A stretch of DNA of 63,776 nt, filler included, from Methanobacteriota archaeon (GTDB taxonomy: Archaea > JACRDV01): assembly GCA_024860865.1 (NCBI GenBank). It is 7 parts of 7 records of this genome, joined end to end, with 100 filler letters (N's around TTAATTAATTAA, not from the genome) between each part and the next. Parts side by side here need not be neighbours in the genome. Positions count along the whole stretch, not along the records: positions 42,481 to 51,856 come from JACRDV010000159.1; positions 51,957 to 60,546 come from JACRDV010000022.1; 5 more parts are not named here. One strand, 5' to 3'. Positions 48,775 to 58,750 of the stretch are shown here, piece after piece; positions within the stretch are counted from its first letter, which is position 1; each line of letters starts with the position of its first letter. The notes under the pieces were generated by a model. It was not told where the DNA came from, searched no databases, and worked only from the letters and a program-made list of their open reading frames with translations. Made by a program: the position numbers and the translations under genes.

Positions 48775-49351
48775 TATTAATATTAATAACAAAAAATCTT
48801 TTTTAAAATATAGATTGGTGCAATTTTTTTAGGTTATATTTTGATACGAAAAAAATTTAGAAACACGATTTGGTTGCTATTAGCTTCAATTTGCCTGAAC
48901 GGAGCAATTTTGCTTGGTTTGAAGCTCAGCTCGCTTACTATTTCGCTTAATTTTTAAATTGAGTAGTTTTGGCTTTCGCTTCGTTCAAAAGCTCAATTTT
49001 TTTCATTCTTGACTGAAGGAAGCGATTTTGCTTTATGGCGTTTCAATTGTTTCATTTTTGAACTTTTGGTAATTGGTAATTTGTAATTTGTATTTGGAAA
49101 AAATTAAAAAGCAGAAAATGTGAAATTAACTCAGGCGCAGGTGAGCTCGAGGGAAATAGCGGGCCTTCTGTAGGAAGACAGCATTCGAGTTGTTCTTTCC
49201 TACGGAGTGTGGATGCAAGCCTGAGGCACGCCCAAGGTGTTATCACCGCTAAGATGTGCTCCATAGTGAGCCCCTGCGCCCACTTTGTCCAGATGCATCA
49301 GGAAGCCTTTTGAACATGGATATAGGTAACTCTTGAAGGAAGGTTAGAGAA

Positions 49352-49762
49352 ATGCCGAGAAAACAGTGGATATTTATCGGCAGCGACATACCTGAGGACA
49401 CTCGCAGAGTCTTGAAAGAGCGTATAGAAAGGCATGCTGTAAAGAAGTGGCAAGGACGCTACCGTGAAATTTCCCTGCGCTTTCGCGGCAAATTCGCTTA
49501 TATCGATGTCTTCGAGCCCCTAAGCAAGTACACTAAATCCTATGTGAAGGATAAAGAAAGGTTAAAAGTCATAGAAGCCACACCGACTAAGCTATGCCGT
49601 CTGCGCTATTCCGGAGACCCTGACAAATGGGAATTTGCCTTCTACAAATACAGCGATGGATGCTACGAGCTCTGCTACTTGCCATCTGGTAGCTTTTTCG
49701 GCAGGCCTGAAGAATGTTTCGATACCGCCGCAAAGGTGTATTTGGATCACAAAAAAATTTAA
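49352..49762 (+). CDS. Hypothetical protein, GC-richer than its surroundings
   Basis: Intact 136-aa ORF (RFRGKFAYID, LCRLRY, WEFAFYKYS). Confidence 0.7.
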   Translation: MPRKQWIFIGSDIPEDTRRVLKERIERHAVKKWQGRYREISLRFRGKFAYIDVFEPLSKYTKSYVKDKERLKVIEATPTKLCRLRYSGDPDKWEFAFYKYSDGCYELCYLPSGSFFGRPEECFDTAAKVYLDHKKI

Positions 49763-50133
49763 ATTAACTCAACATCTTCTAATTGCTTAAAATGTTTATC
49801 CTTTGTCATTAGCTTTTGTTTAATACTTCTTGCACTTGTTAAAATAAGACCATCCATTAAGCCAAAACTTTTATCTTTCTTTTTCATTTCAAAAGCAATT
49901 TTAGCTCCAACTTTATACATTTCTTCATTTAGATCTAAAATCTCAACAATTTCTCTGATTTCTTTAAAACGCCGAGTTACATCTTCTTTTTCTCTACAGC
50001 ACCATAGAGCTATCTCAGCTAAGCTAATTTCAGAGATAAAACACGACTCTGTTTTTAATTTTTCTTTTACCTTTTCCCCTCTTTTTGAACCTAAAAAATG
50101 CTCTATGATGGCATTGCTGTCAAAAAACATCAA
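49759..50133 (-). CDS. vapC: VapC/PIN toxin
   Basis: FDSNAIIE, SLAEI, DGLIL and TKDKHF motifs. Confidence 0.88.
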   Translation of the reverse strand: MMFFDSNAIIEHFLGSKRGEKVKEKLKTESCFISEISLAEIALWCCREKEDVTRRFKEIREIVEILDLNEEMYKVGAKIAFEMKKKDKSFGLMDGLILTSARSIKQKLMTKDKHFKQLEDVELI

Positions 50134-50348
50134 ATATCCCTATTCAAATTGTCAAGCCTTATGAAACCTTTTTTACCCTTTGCCGAACCAAACGTTCTTT
50201 CAATAGCTTTTAATTTTTCCCTGCTCACAATCGCCAATTTAATTGGTTCTCCTATGGTTATCTTTTCTTTTTCAACTAATTCCTTTGGAATTAAAACGCC
50301 AATTGAATTTCCAATCTTCAAAGTTTTCGATTCAAAAACCTCGGACAT
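50130..50348 (-). CDS. AbrB/MazE-family antitoxin
   Basis: KIGNSIGVLIPKE motif; overlaps vapC. Confidence 0.85.
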   Translation of the reverse strand: MSEVFESKTLKIGNSIGVLIPKELVEKEKITIGEPIKLAIVSREKLKAIERTFGSAKGKKGFIRLDNLNRDI

Positions 50349-50566
50349 TTTTATTCACTAAAAGAATGGTTTAACGTTAAACTATTTAAACTTTCTTAAT
50401 AAGGTAATAGTAGAGCGATGGATAAATTTCCTCTGCTTCAGGGTAAGAGCAAGAGTGAAGTTACCTCCACCGCGAATGAAGGAGTAGCATAGCAAAGTAC
50501 GATGGAACAAATTTGTAGAACTTACAGATATACTTAGAAAATCTTTGCGTTTAGCTAATAGCCCAA

Positions 50567-51408
50567 TTAAGGGTAAATAATTGATCTTGCAATAAGCAGG
50601 ATGTTTCGTTTTCTTTCACGAATTCTACGGATAGAGTAAGGCAGCCAATCCCTGCCATAAGGAATATACTCACTTACTCTGTAGCCGCTATGAGTCAGCT
50701 TCGATTTAGGTCATCTCTTATTCCCATAAGCATCTGAAATTCGAAATCCTTAGGGTATATGCGATTGAGCTCTAGGGCCTCATTAATAAGATCATTATCA
50801 TGAGTGGCAATTGCAAATTCTTTCCCTTCCATAAATAGCAGTTTCAATAACTTAGCGAAATTAGAGCTTATCTCTTGTTTAGTTTTGAAAGCTATCTTTG
50901 CGCTCTCTCTGTATGCGCCTTTGCACAGCCTTATCTTGCCATTTTTTAGAATAAGGTTTCTTATGTCATCTTCACTTCTCCTAAGGTATGCTTGAATTGC
51001 CACTCCAACATTCTTATGTTTGTTCAATAGTGAAAAGTATAAGTCGATCGTAGTTTGAGTGTACTGCGAGCTTTCCATATCTATCCAAACGAAGTTTCCT
51101 AAGGCTTCCGCTTCTTGAACTATATGCTCAACATTAGCATAGCAGAAGCTATCATTTATACTTAGACCTAGCTGTGTTAGTTTGACAGATATGCAGCTCT
51201 GTATTTTATCTCTCTCAATACGCCTGAGAATATTCAGATATTCTTTAACTGTTGCTTGAACTTCCTTCTCTAATTCGATGTGCTCGCCTAGCTTGTTAAT
51301 TATTCCTCTTATGTTGCGGGCATTAGCTAATTTAGCCATTCTAATTGCATCATCTGCTGTCTGTCCAGCTATCCATTGTTTTGAAAGGCGAAGTAAGATT
51401 TCGCTCAT
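50567..51408 (-). pseudogene. Proline dehydrogenase with a 1-nt frameshift near 50706
   Basis: SVKLTQLG, WIDME, IRLCKGAY, IATHD and EFQMLMGIR motifs. The C-terminus YIPYG.DWLPYSIRRIRE continues in another frame to TAA at 50567. Confidence 0.85.
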
Positions 51409-51514
51409 CTTTTTGCCCAGAATTTGATTTTTAACGTGAATATTTATACTTCCAAAAACTAAATGAATTATTTGAAATTTTGAGAGATTAAATAAAAACT
51501 TTGTTAAGTGATTG

Positions 51515-51856
51515 TATGGCAACTTCAAGTATTTTAGAAGAGGGGAATGAAATTGTGAAATGGATTAAAAATAAAAAAGTTTAACGCAGTAGCCACAATT
51601 CTTTTTGGGTCTGCAGCTAGAGGGTGGAAAGAAGCTGAAGACTTAGATGTTTTAGTAGTTGTAGATGGAACTGATGAGGATGTGAATAAATTACTTGTAG
51701 AATTTAATAAAGAAAGTAAATGGATAGAAAAGTAGGTCTTTATCCAGAACTAACTATATTGAAGAAAAACTCAATAGGAAAAGGCAATCCTTCATTTTAT
51801 TATAGTATAATCCGCGATGGAATAAATCTTGCAGGAGACAAAAGTTTATTTATAAA
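51515..51856 (+). pseudogene. Minimal nucleotidyltransferase (MNT) remnant
   Basis: ILFGSAARG..EDLDVLVV and SIIRDGI fragments in different frames; ends at the contig edge. Confidence 0.65.
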
Positions 51857-52184
51857 NNNNNNNNNNNNNNNNNNNNNNNNNNNNNNNNNNNNNNNNNNNN
51901 TTAATTAATTAANNNNNNNNNNNNNNNNNNNNNNNNNNNNNNNNNNNNNNNNNNNNAGCCTTTTAGCGGACCTAGGCGATTCTTTGCTTTGCTGCGATGG
52001 GTCCACGAGGACATGCAGAACAGAGAGCGATATGTAAAAACCGGCTGGAAGAGTTGGTCGAAGTGGAAGAACTACAAGTTCAGAGAATTATGAACATCCT
52101 TGTGGCTTAGTTTGTTTCGAATATAGTGATGTATTGCCAGACGGTTCGTATTAAAAATGTTACTAACTCTGAATAACAGCGATT

Positions 52185-52775
52185 TTATTCAAAGGTAGTG
52201 TGCCTTGCCTTTAACTCTTTTTCAGTTTTACCTAAGATAATCATTAGTTCGCTAATAATTCCATCTAAAAAGAGGAGCGCAGTATCTTCAAACACAGTTC
52301 CTAGTGGAGCAAGTGTGGTATGCTTGCCTAGCATTTGTCTAGCTATATAGCTCGTTGGTTTTTCCATCAACTTGGTGCGCCCTCGAACTTTAACAACTAA
52401 GTCAGCAATTTTTCCAAGAGTAGATTCAGGGTGAGAAGTTATTGCAACGACTTTTGCTTTTGTTGCCTTGCTGATCTTTGCAGCATCTATTACTGAATGA
52501 GTTTCACCAGAGCCTGAGATAGCAATATAGAGATCTCCACGAGAAACTGGAGGGGTAACAATTTCTCCTATCACCCAAACATTAAACCCAAGGTGCATTA
52601 ATCTCATTGCAAATGCTTTCGCAACTAATCCAGAGCGCCCAGTTCCATGTATAAAAATTTTCTTTGCTTTTAGTATAGTTTTAATCATTTGCTCAACTTT
52701 TCCCTCATCTAATTCATAAATTGCATTTTGAATGTGCCCTAAAACTTCTCTCATGGCAGATTTTACCGTTGCCAT
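52185..52775 (-). CDS. hxlB: 6-phospho-3-hexuloisomerase
   Basis: GRSGLVAKAFAMRLMHLG, ISGSGET and PLGTVFE motifs. Confidence 0.93.
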   Translation of the reverse strand: MATVKSAMREVLGHIQNAIYELDEGKVEQMIKTILKAKKIFIHGTGRSGLVAKAFAMRLMHLGFNVWVIGEIVTPPVSRGDLYIAISGSGETHSVIDAAKISKATKAKVVAITSHPESTLGKIADLVVKVRGRTKLMEKPTSYIARQMLGKHTTLAPLGTVFEDTALLFLDGIISELMIILGKTEKELKARHTTFE

Positions 52776-52779
52776 ATTC

Positions 52780-53616
52780 TCACTTCAACAATTTTTCGAA
52801 AATAACCTTCATTTTCAAAGAATCTTTATCGAGTATTGGAGATTCGCTTATTATAGTAGGTGAAATTCCTCTTTCAACTATCTCTCTTGCAAGTAAATCA
52901 AACTTTGGTCCATTAGATCCGAGAACTAGGTGATGTTTTTCATTCCCTTTTTTAAAAAATACTTCTGTAAAGTGGCTATGGAGGTTTCTAATAGCTTCAG
53001 CTCCAAGCCTTTTTTCAATTAGATCAAAAATATTGGCAAAGTCAGCTTGAGTTTTCAGGCCACCATCAGTCCTAGCATGAATATGCGCAAAATCAACCGT
53101 TGGAATAACTCCATCTATTTCTTCACAAAATGAAATTATTTCTTCTAGAGTTCCAACCTGAGATTGACGACCAGTTGTTTCTGGTGCGAGAAAAACGTCC
53201 TTAATTCCCTCATCTCTTATTTCCCGAACCGTCTGTCGAAGGGCTTCCTTAGTTATTTCCACAGCATGTTCTTTTGACTTTCCATAATAAGCTGGATGAA
53301 AGACAATATTTGATGCCCCCATTGAATGTGAAATTCTTGCAGTTTGAATGAGCCAGTTGATACTTTTTTTTAATTTGATTTTTTCTTCAGAAGCAAGATT
53401 TATAAAATAGGGAGCATGAGCGCTCAATAGGACATTACTTTCTTTTGCAACCTTACCAACCTCTTTTGCCAAATAAATTTTCATCTTAACTCCGCGAACG
53501 AACTGACACTCAAATGCGTCCAATTTCTCGCTAGCAACATATTTGATCCCTTCAAGGGTTCCTCCCTTAACTCCAACAGGTGTCCCAGCAGGGCCAAAGC
53601 GAGGTTGAGCTTTCAT
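52780..53616 (-). CDS. Endonuclease IV-like TIM-barrel protein
   Basis: RFGPAG, SAHAPYFINL, PETTG, DFAHIHAR and IISESP motifs. Confidence 0.88.
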   Translation of the reverse strand: MKAQPRFGPAGTPVGVKGGTLEGIKYVASEKLDAFECQFVRGVKMKIYLAKEVGKVAKESNVLLSAHAPYFINLASEEKIKLKKSINWLIQTARISHSMGASNIVFHPAYYGKSKEHAVEITKEALRQTVREIRDEGIKDVFLAPETTGRQSQVGTLEEIISFCEEIDGVIPTVDFAHIHARTDGGLKTQADFANIFDLIEKRLGAEAIRNLHSHFTEVFFKKGNEKHHLVLGSNGPKFDLLAREIVERGISPTIISESPILDKDSLKMKVIFEKLLK

Positions 53617-53701
53617 GCTAAACTAACCTAGTTAATGTTATAACTAAAACTAAAGATTACTCTAAAAAACTTAATAGCACAAACAAAAATAAAACTTTGG
53701 T

Positions 53702-54070
53702 TCAGACTTTTCTAACAGATAGAATTGGTTTAAGCTCGAGCTTATTCGGATCGACTGAAAATGCTGGGTATTGCTGCAGAAACGCCTTTAGATCCTCGAC
53801 CTTAAGTTGGACTATTACCTCTTGCTTCTGAGAAGCCATTATCTCAGGCCTCTGGAAATGTGGGCTTTCAATCGCTTTCGAAAGTTGGGCAGCTAAAGCA
53901 AAAATGGCTCGTTTATGTTCAGTTTTTGACTTATGCAAGTGACCTGGACCCACTTTTAGATTTTCGTACTCCTTAAAACTGTCGTGAGAAAGGCCCTGCT
54001 TTAGGAGATATTCTTTAAACTTGTTTAAGTGGCGATGTAGAGTTATGAGCTCAAGTTTTGTAAGAGTCAA
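53702..54070 (-). CDS. UPF0058-family protein with C-terminal extension
   Basis: KLELITLH, EYENLKVGPGHLHKSKTEHKRAIF motifs. Confidence 0.8.
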   Translation of the reverse strand: MTLTKLELITLHRHLNKFKEYLLKQGLSHDSFKEYENLKVGPGHLHKSKTEHKRAIFALAAQLSKAIESPHFQRPEIMASQKQEVIVQLKVEDLKAFLQQYPAFSVDPNKLELKPILSVRKV

Positions 54071-54249
54071 AATCTCAAACCAGCTATAACCTCTCTATTT
54101 CCAAATCTAAATTGTTATTAAGCCAAACACATTGAAATAACTGTCGTCTGCCTTTTGTCTGACAAAAGAGGAAATATTAAGTATTGTCTTAGTAAAATAA
54201 GAAAAGTGAAGCTTCCGTTGGCTATAAAATAAATTTAGGAGGGAAATTT

Positions 54250-54765
54250 ATGGATGCCCTCGTGCCTGCATTGGCTATTATAACTGCAGCTGGAGCATTT
54301 GGATTGAAGTATAGATGGGATTGGAAAAAGTGGAAGGCCAGCTTAGAAGATATAAAGACCAAATTTGATGTTCTTCAATATCACGATAGAACATTGCACA
54401 CTAAAGTTGATACGCTTTCAGAAATTCTTGAAACTGCTTCTACTGAACGATTACAAACTCAACATGGATTTTTAACAATCAAATATCCCCCGGTAATAGT
54501 AACGCAACCAAATAAAGCAATAACCCTGGACATCGAGATGTTTAATATAGGAACTTTTGCACCTCAAACCTATAGTATTGGTATTAGAGTTACAAAAACA
54601 AACACAAATTTTGAAGTCTTAAACAAAATCAATGGTACACTAAGTCCTCATGAGAGAAGAGTTCACAATATACCGCTCAAAATTACTAAAGAAGGATTTA
54701 ACATATTTGAATATTTTGCCCCTTACGGCAAAATCGGTGAGACTATAGTCTTCGCTGTCTCTTGA
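54250..54765 (+). CDS. Hypothetical membrane-anchored protein (coiled coil plus Ig/CARDB-like C-terminus)
   Basis: GGAGG SD, N-terminal hydrophobic stretch, beta-rich C-terminus (MFNIG...TLSPHE). Confidence 0.6.
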   Translation: MDALVPALAIITAAGAFGLKYRWDWKKWKASLEDIKTKFDVLQYHDRTLHTKVDTLSEILETASTERLQTQHGFLTIKYPPVIVTQPNKAITLDIEMFNIGTFAPQTYSIGIRVTKTNTNFEVLNKINGTLSPHERRVHNIPLKITKEGFNIFEYFAPYGKIGETIVFAVS

Positions 54766-54776
54766 TGAGATGAGGG

Positions 54777-55265
54777 TTGAATTTGGATAAGCAGAAGATG
54801 ATAGAATCACTAGTGCAAAGTGCTATGCGCGGTTATAAAAAAGATTCAAAGGATGCAACTATAATCAAACCTAGTAAACAAGACCAAACAGTTGAAGGAA
54901 TAATTGTAACTATTGATAATACAAAGTTTTACGGAAAGATTTCCTTAAGTGATGGTTTAATTGTTATGTACAACCCATGCTCCGTCGAAGATGATGGCTC
55001 TCTTAAATCTGTGAAAATAAAAGTCAATGGCACAGAATCTACAACAAGCCAGCTAATTTTTGGCGATGGAGGAGTTAAGTATATCCATTTGATCAATTCA
55101 ATTGCCCCTTCAGCGCCAGAAGTTGCAAAGGACCCAGAAGTATCAACTAATCAGAGCAATCTCCCAAGTGAAAAATCGTTTGAAGTATTGAACGGCGCTC
55201 CAAATGCCTTAGCTGTTTCTCCATCTGCAAAAACCTCTAAAACTTATGATATAATTTCCCACTAG
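54777..55265 (+). CDS. Hypothetical protein
   Basis: 162-aa ORF closely following the upstream gene. Confidence 0.55.
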   Translation: MNLDKQKMIESLVQSAMRGYKKDSKDATIIKPSKQDQTVEGIIVTIDNTKFYGKISLSDGLIVMYNPCSVEDDGSLKSVKIKVNGTESTTSQLIFGDGGVKYIHLINSIAPSAPEVAKDPEVSTNQSNLPSEKSFEVLNGAPNALAVSPSAKTSKTYDIISH

Positions 55266-55486
55266 TTCGATAAAATTTGAACTTAATTCCTTTCACCCTT
55301 TTTGAGAATTAAATTAATTAGCCCTTCTTTGCTTTGTAGCTATTTAGCAAATACGAGAAAGATTGGTTCTTATTAAAACTATGATGAAACTCTTTTCTAC
55401 AAGAAATGTTTTGCAATAGGGAAATTGCCACAAATACAATTAAACAACCTTAAATACCTATGTTGTGACATTTCACCTAGGTAAAT

Positions 55487-55795
55487 ATGACAGGCCAAAT
55501 AGGCCAAGTACATATACTGTTTGTTATTGTAACAATTGTTGTTATAACAATCTCTTTCGCTTGGATTTACAAATATACTAAAAAGCTTCTTCTTAGGCCA
55601 TTACTATTGAGATATTCGATCTCTACGATATTTCTCTTAGGTTTTATAGCATGGCATTGTTTTCGAGTATACTTCAAGTGGGGAGGAGAAGATTTAGCCA
55701 TGTATCTAGAAATGGCCTTTATAGCAATGGCTAATATCGCATTTCTTTTAGCTGCAGTAAAAACAGTAAAACTTGCTAAAGATTATAGGTTTTAA
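55487..55795 (+). CDS. Small 3-TM membrane protein
   Basis: Three hydrophobic helices with a His at the end of TM2. Confidence 0.6.
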   Translation: MTGQIGQVHILFVIVTIVVITISFAWIYKYTKKLLLRPLLLRYSISTIFLLGFIAWHCFRVYFKWGGEDLAMYLEMAFIAMANIAFLLAAVKTVKLAKDYRF

Positions 55796-56219
55796 AAGGA
55801 TTGGTCCCATACTCCCTTAAAGAAATGTTAGTTTCCCCAATTTGGTATGTTAAAACCAAGATGAAACGGTAAGTGAGACCGACTGTCAATTATTTTTGAT
55901 TATTTTAAAGATAGTTTTATTTTACGCTCATGTTAAGAAAGTTGTGGCTGAAGATTAAAAGTTTCAAAAAATGAAACAATTAAAAAACTGTTAAAGCAGA
56001 ATTTTCTTCAGATAGAATAAATTTCAGATAAGAACCCTATTTAAGAAAATTTTTAACTAAATTCACAAAATTAGTTAGCTTTTATAAGGATTAGAGCTTT
56101 TAACTAATTGTATTTCTCAGCCACAATCTTCGTTACAAGGGCGAAAAATTTATTCCATTAACCCATTAACGCAAAAATCTTTTATCTTGCTAATTCTCTT
56201 TTCTTTAATTGGAGCGCAA

Positions 56220-57095
56220 ATGCTAACAGTAAGTGAGCGAGCCGCAGTTATTTCAACTGTTTTAAACATAAGTTTTACTCTCTTAAAGTTACTAGCTGGT
56301 TTGTTGTCTGGAAGTTTAGGTTTAATTGCTGAAACAGTACACTCTGCTATGGATTCTTTTTCATCAATTATCGCTTTCTCTGGTTTACATTTCGGAAAAC
56401 GACCTCCTGACGTAACTCATCCCTATGGACATGGTAAAATTGAGACATTTAGCGGTGCTTTAATCACTTTAGTTCTGATTATTTCTGGAGTTACCATTGC
56501 TTGGGAAGCTACTCAGAGAATATTGAAAGGTAGCTACGTTCAGTTTACGGTTTTTGGATTTATAGTCGTTTTAGTCTCAATATTCTTCAATGAAGCCTTA
56601 GCGAGATATGAATTTAAAATAGGGCAACAAACTGCAAGCATATCGTTAATCGCTGATTCATATCACGCAAGAAGTGATGTACTCAGCTCAATCTCAGTTT
56701 TAATAGGTTTAGTTGGAGTAAAGTTTGGTTTTCTAATCATAGATTCAATTGCCGCATTAGCCGTTACTATTTTGATTATTAGAACAGGAGTGAGAATAGG
56801 GCATGAAGCAATCGATGTCTTACTGGATATCAGCCCAAGGCCAGAGGTCATAAAAGACATTGAAACAACTTGTTTAAGTGTCCCAGGTGTTAAGAGTTGT
56901 CATGCTATAAGGGCAAGAAAAGCCGGCGGGAGAATTCTAGTTGATTTGCACATTAAAGTTGACCCTGGTCTAACCGTCAAAGAGAGCCATAAGCTGGCTA
57001 CTAAAGCGGAAACACGAATAAAGGATAAAATTGCTGGGATTGAGTCTGTATTGACCCATGTTGAGCCTTTAGAGAATAAAAACAAAGGGGTTTAG
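56220..57095 (+). CDS. Cation diffusion facilitator (FieF-like)
   Basis: HSAMD, HPYGHGKIE, HARSD and VLTHVEP motifs. Confidence 0.92.
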   Translation: MLTVSERAAVISTVLNISFTLLKLLAGLLSGSLGLIAETVHSAMDSFSSIIAFSGLHFGKRPPDVTHPYGHGKIETFSGALITLVLIISGVTIAWEATQRILKGSYVQFTVFGFIVVLVSIFFNEALARYEFKIGQQTASISLIADSYHARSDVLSSISVLIGLVGVKFGFLIIDSIAALAVTILIIRTGVRIGHEAIDVLLDISPRPEVIKDIETTCLSVPGVKSCHAIRARKAGGRILVDLHIKVDPGLTVKESHKLATKAETRIKDKIAGIESVLTHVEPLENKNKGV

Positions 57096-57145
57096 TTTTT
57101 TTTCCGATAGTTATTTGGGGCAAAAATTAATTCTTAAATAAATGA

Positions 57146-57286
57146 AGCCGGGTGGGGTAGTGAAGGTTTAGAAATCATTCTAAACCTCTATAAGCCAATC
57201 CTGCGGGGCTTTGGAGATAGAATCGAAGAAACCCCGTGACCGCGGTTCGAATTGAGGAAAACCTCACGGATCTCCGCGCCCGGCTA
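57146..57286 (+). tRNA. tRNA-Gln(UUG) with three BHB introns (57163-57193 D-loop; 57215-57230 at 37/38; 57252-57272 at 59/60)
   Basis: Spliced form AGCCGGGTGGGGTAGTG-GCCAATCCTGCGGGGCTTTGG-ACCCCGTGACCGCGGTTCGAA-TCCGCGCCCGGCTA has an A1-U72 pair. Each intron has a 4-bp central helix and 3-nt bulges. Confidence 0.9.
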
Positions 57287-57493
57287 TCCAGTTTTCATAC
57301 TTAATCAACACTAATTTATGTAAATCCCTGTTGAAGGTATATCCGAAGCATGACCTAGAATATGTAAAAGAAAAAGTTTAGAAGAATTTAAAAGAGAAAT
57401 TGGCTTTTTGCCTAGCATTAAAATGCTGAAAATGTCTAACAAAAGCACAATGTGAGCAAACAATAAATGCCTTTGTTACATAAAAATATTAAT

Positions 57494-57615
57494 AGCCCCG
57501 TGGGCTAGCGAGACTTTAGGAGTATCCTAAGTTCTAGAAGCCAATGCTGGCGGACATCCAAGTTGACCGCAATCTGGATCCGCAGGCACCGGTTCGAATC
57601 CGGTCGGGGCTACCA
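57494..57615 (+). tRNA. tRNA-Gln(CUG) with two BHB introns (57511-57539 D-loop; 57556-57572 at 32/33), CCA encoded
   Basis: Spliced form AGCCCCGTGGGCTAGCG-GCCAATGCTGGCGGAC-TCTGGATCCGCAGGCACCGGTTCGAATCCGGTCGGGGCTACCA. Confidence 0.9.
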
Positions 57616-57817
57616 ATTTTTTATACTTTTTGCGGTCTTTATGATATTCTAGATTACTTTTGTAGCATCGAAGCTTCTGATGATGGAAGCAATAATCAAA
57701 TTTCAAATGAAAAGAAGTTTTGTTGTAACTAGTTGTAACTTTGATGAAAAATTTCATAAAAAATGTAATACCACAATTTTTATAAACTAGTTCACTCTTT
57801 TTAAAAAAAATGAGATA

Positions 57818-58279
57818 ATGATTCCAAAAGAATTTTTCATCACTAGCGGAAAAGCTGTTAGCAAAGTCTCAGCTTTAAATGCCTTTGATCTAGCCTTAGT
57901 AAATGCTGGTATAGCCCAATGTAATCTCGTTCCAGTTTCTTCGATTTTACCGCCAAAAGCAAAACAAGTCCGCAGAAAAAACTTTCCTATTGGTTCAATC
58001 ACCCATGCTGTAATTGCTCGCATGGATGGTAATGAAGGTGAGACAATTGGAGCAGGAATTGCCTGGGCTTGGGAGAAAGGAGCTACGTATGGCTTAGTTG
58101 CGGAAGCCCATGGCCATATGGATACAAAGGCTTTAAAAGAAGTTCTTGAATGGAAAATTACAGAGATGGCAAAAATTAGATCCATTGAGCTCGGAGAAAT
58201 AAATTATAAAATTGAGGAACTTTGGATTCCAATGGATAACTATGGGTCGGTAATTTCTGCACTTGTATTCTTGTTTTAA
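57818..58279 (+). CDS. pdaD: Pyruvoyl-dependent arginine decarboxylase
   Basis: LNAFDLALVNAGI..CNLVPVSSILP with the SS self-cleavage site. Confidence 0.92.
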   Translation: MIPKEFFITSGKAVSKVSALNAFDLALVNAGIAQCNLVPVSSILPPKAKQVRRKNFPIGSITHAVIARMDGNEGETIGAGIAWAWEKGATYGLVAEAHGHMDTKALKEVLEWKITEMAKIRSIELGEINYKIEELWIPMDNYGSVISALVFLF

Positions 58280-58318
58280 TGTTAGTTTATCGTTTAAATT
58301 TTTAAACTTTAGTTAATT

Positions 58319-58657
58319 TTATATTTTTAACTTTGCTCGTTCTTGCCATCGTAAATACACTAAAGACTTACCTCCATGAAGAGCTGGCACTATAAAAATT
58401 TCGTCATTATCTTTAAGCTGCATTTTTAAGGCACTTGGGCGAGTATGTAAAACAGTCTTTCCATTCACAAGAATACCCATATAACCGTGAACTTTGCCAG
58501 TATTTTTGTTTATCAATCTCCCCTCAAAGTCGTTTCCATATTTTGCAACAAGCTTCTCTATTAGCTCCTCAACTGTTGTTGCATTTATGTTTATTTCCTC
58601 TTCATCATGTGTTACATCGGTTAAAAATGATGAGAAGCGCACTTTAACGGCGGCCAG
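58319..58657 (-). CDS. MoaD/ThiS/SAMP ubiquitin-like protein with 16 residues after the GG motif
   Basis: VKVRF, TVEELI, ILVNG, LKDNDEI and PALHGG motifs. The SD-spaced start is CTG at 58657; the alternative is GTG 58642. Confidence 0.82.
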   Translation of the reverse strand: MAAVKVRFSSFLTDVTHDEEEININATTVEELIEKLVAKYGNDFEGRLINKNTGKVHGYMGILVNGKTVLHTRPSALKMQLKDNDEIFIVPALHGGKSLVYLRWQERAKLKI

Positions 58658-58750
58658 ATCCCTACCTCCGCTTGAAAATGAATTGTTTTTATCCTCTAGG
58701 AAGTAAATTCTACGAACTCTAATTTTATAACCTTTCTAAATCCTAGAAAG

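Noticed and set aside
49150-49195. Resemblance to RNase P RNA conserved regions (minus strand TCGAATGCTG...ACAGAAGG)
   Set aside because: No matching 5' P4 strand on the same strand, and the element is too short.
57527-57757. ORFs 57527-57757 (-) and 57544-57732 (+)
   Set aside because: They overlap tRNA-Gln(CUG) and are shadow ORFs.
58325-58390. Possible BHB removing the MoaD C-terminal extension
   Set aside because: The only BHB-like pairing has poor flanking helices and would delete the GG motif rather than expose it.
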